64,000 nt of DNA, from NCBI GenBank assembly GCA_000002445.1, contig CH464491.1:1952001-2016000 (forward strand). Direction: 5' to 3'. Source of the DNA: Trypanosoma brucei (taxonomy: Eukaryota). Each line of letters begins with the position of its first letter. The first letter of the stretch is position 1. The translations under genes were made by a program, and so were the position numbers. The notes beneath the pieces were generated by a model. That model saw only the letters and a program-made list of their open reading frames with translations. It had not been told where the DNA came from and did no database searches. This document shows, one piece after another, positions 62,801 to 64,000 of this stretch.

Positions 62801-64000
62801 AAAGGTGGTGCATGGTATCGATGCTAGTGTCTCAAAAGCGCACCAAATCATTTGGTAGAAACCCTAAATATTTGCTGAACGTTCAACTTTCATTGTACAC
62901 AGGGAGTCAAGCCGATGCCCAGCCATCAGTAGTGATGAAGCTGAGTGATATAAGGTGTCATGGAACGTGTAAGGGCGGTCAGTTGCTCCGAGAGGTAAAC
63001 ATGGTTTCGCTTGTCATGACGGATGGACCGCCAACTAACTATCCGCGGCGGTTTCTTTTGGGTTCGCTTGGCGCGTTCGGTGGAGTGCTCTCGCGGGTTG
63101 AGGTGGAGATGCTCTTTGCCATGGGAAGTGACTCCTTGTTTTCACTCCATTTCATGGACAAGAAATTTGTGAATAATCTCTTTCCGGCGCTGGCCTACAT
63201 GTCTGAGAGAAACCGAGGAAAACACGGGGCGCAGCTTATGCGATTGGCAGTGCCGTGGTTGGCGCAGGGTTACGCCAACGCGGAGAATGCCATTTTGGCT
63301 TCTACATTCCCCTTTGCAGTGTATCAGAAAAGGGAGCGACAGGTGGTTGTCGCTGGCGTGCGCAACGGCGACCTCTGCGTCGAGTCGAACGCAGAATACC
63401 TTCAACCCACCAATGACAGACCAAAAGTGCAGGGCAGCGGCGCTGAGGAGACGCTTCCACCGGCTTCTGCGCGGTCAGTAAAGAGTGGAACCCGGATCCC
63501 TGTACCGATTTTCCTGGGCGTGCGCTCCGTGTCCGATTTGCAGAACTCTGGGGTTGCGGGGGAAGACATGTTAGCGCTGTTGAATGCGCCACAGTTTATA
63601 TGCAGCACGCCCCTGTATTCCATTTTGGATGCGCTAGGTGGTCCACCTTTCTTCTTGTGTTTTTCCTCCTTGCAACTTCCCCACTCGGGGGCATTCGAGG
63701 AGGCGTGGGAATGTGCATGCGCTGCAGTTAAATGGCACACAACTAACAATCTACTTTGCCCTAAGGCCCAACGTGGGGACGCCCATCTCCTTGCGTTAGT
63801 CAAAGCCTTGCTTTATCATCGGATACATGTATCAGAGACAACGGCATCCTCCTTGTGCGATGTTGTTGGTGACCGACTCATCACCCGTATGGATATTCTA
63901 CCACTTCTTCTTGAGTTTACTGTTTGGGCGAGGGATACCGGTGCTTTTCGCTTTGTTGTGGGTAAATTGCGTCAGTATATCCTTGACGATGTGTATGGCC
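59806..64000 (+). CDS. Very large hypothetical protein, 5' portion (ORF runs off the window end)
   Basis: The frame stays open from ATG 59806 to position 64000, at least 1398 codons. A T15 polypyrimidine tract and an in-frame TGA at 59779 precede it. A central region (VILRSPEDRN...RWCMVSML...) loosely resembles the ConA-like domain of BEACH-family proteins, which is very speculative. Confidence 0.6.
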   Translation, partial: MALVGGEHRVTEDIVAVKYLESVRRLYFNPHAKDLERRTVQLLAQLLACPPHSLLVWDSLRRTRLLTTVARVLGSEKKLQGLLSVGGRPEDYLRVVELASNSSPCECMNHLTKGEDSHTELEPFFAVLGRLGKLDCDAATYRACYDSFARAVSNLLSDARNCARLVRADISPIKILFNTLKGSPSSRIDVSLCVLRVILQILLHTAAFTCIWIKEFSDLDGPSTCLSVVLTWCGTCEDPSLPLSTESTVVFDLLCLLLSFPGNGRGPSSALYMYLRGCHWEAENLEVGPLDDTATIGMFGLNVLVEACSIAMNFRPAIFTHLARLLVRALKLGGDDVVSAGLVSAALVAVLRQYAKFCDDCDKTILAIVRLCVTVCSCHGAYDAQTEGATQLCTLVVELVCDMRGHISKGTVRAVMCLTSRVNAESTFTRLFSVHLLERLEGRLAISQDPAEVYLFLQMMNEICGNVPVLRREFMLTLNTLFQLLGTEAKNGRETLMLCVDLLSTMCRDDEETTFNIYAGLREFITRSDFCSVDSIRLGCWGLQALIDLLAHASSSLTHFADSVDFLVTCVEKLCVAMCRAFDSQMTVTECFGVPSQILGPQPLEVGGFDVNPGSVVPNVYYFYCQFLVLGLHALCYVQATSTGTFFRDLPAKLERVLARGPFLRCRVYTSAVVRALIAMASSTSSVVFDEVFFANRGDCAQWFAGWGAVHRRSWRFNTSFGDVSFFHERQRIVHIGYFWCLQRLLLQLSDTSQKSMLGASVLELWFNVFSNSSENIYILMDSKMTLTLASLCAVSAADDCEYSFERYEILLKTMHEMGVYGMDCASVLYLLRLCLCDRDSSSVLYNDEATVKVLSTLKTLLRQSLPSNGPVLFYGVSSGCTPRSHFCNNTAALQVRGPRIGGGVDIPVLLGRVKSDRCFSFVLWFLLEPKSPHTVEEVDIILMSIAFNRNSAFIQLVYTVQGTLHLRVILRSPEDRNQQQQRLHSEYVLFSNDEIPTKRWCMVSMLVSQKRTKSFGRNPKYLLNVQLSLYTGSQADAQPSVVMKLSDIRCHGTCKGGQLLREVNMVSLVMTDGPPTNYPRRFLLGSLGAFGGVLSRVEVEMLFAMGSDSLFSLHFMDKKFVNNLFPALAYMSERNRGKHGAQLMRLAVPWLAQGYANAENAILASTFPFAVYQKRERQVVVAGVRNGDLCVESNAEYLQPTNDRPKVQGSGAEETLPPASARSVKSGTRIPVPIFLGVRSVSDLQNSGVAGEDMLALLNAPQFICSTPLYSILDALGGPPFFLCFSSLQLPHSGAFEEAWECACAAVKWHTTNNLLCPKAQRGDAHLLALVKALLYHRIHVSETTASSLCDVVGDRLITRMDILPLLLEFTVWARDTGAFRFVVGKLRQYILDDVYG

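Noticed and set aside
1-64000. Retroelements (ingi/RIME/SLACS-like) or VSG/ESAG-type subtelomeric genes
   Set aside because: There are no reverse-transcriptase, endonuclease or VSG-like ORFs. The gene content is housekeeping core-genome.

Overview
This window looks like a kinetoplastid nuclear genome segment, most likely Trypanosoma brucei. Genes are intronless and densely packed. The run of recognisable products is VSP-type EF-hand pyrophosphatase in two copies, DEAD-box helicase, seryl-tRNA synthetase, GRIP-domain golgin (TbGRIP70-like), GCN2-like eIF2alpha kinase (TbeIF2K1-like), TGS1 and ORC1/CDC6. That combination matches what I recall of a T. brucei chromosome 11 region. The layout is two polycistronic transcription units. 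About 24 genes lie on the minus strand from 1.3 to 47.6 kb, and at least 6 genes lie on the plus strand from 51.6 kb to the window end. A ~3.9 kb ORF-free divergent strand-switch region (47.6-51.6 kb) separates them and carries GT-rich tracts on the plus strand. I see no prokaryotic-type elements: no CRISPR array, no defence operon and no recognisable transposon ORFs. The most notable structures are a 1.49 kb near-identical segmental duplication of the pyrophosphatase gene flanking the helicase, which dragged along the last ~87 nt of the upstream gene, the strand-switch region itself, an SNF2 ATPase fused to a C-terminal HNH nuclease (ZRANB3-like), a Sec15-like exocyst subunit with a long N-terminal extension, and a gamma-carbonic-anhydrase-like protein that lacks the zinc-binding histidines. 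The supplied ORF track starts many ORFs at TTG or GTG, so I trimmed those to the first in-frame ATG. Start codons remain approximate because trans-splice sites cannot be mapped from sequence alone. Functional calls rest on motifs I recognised by eye and remembered family signatures. No database searches were run.
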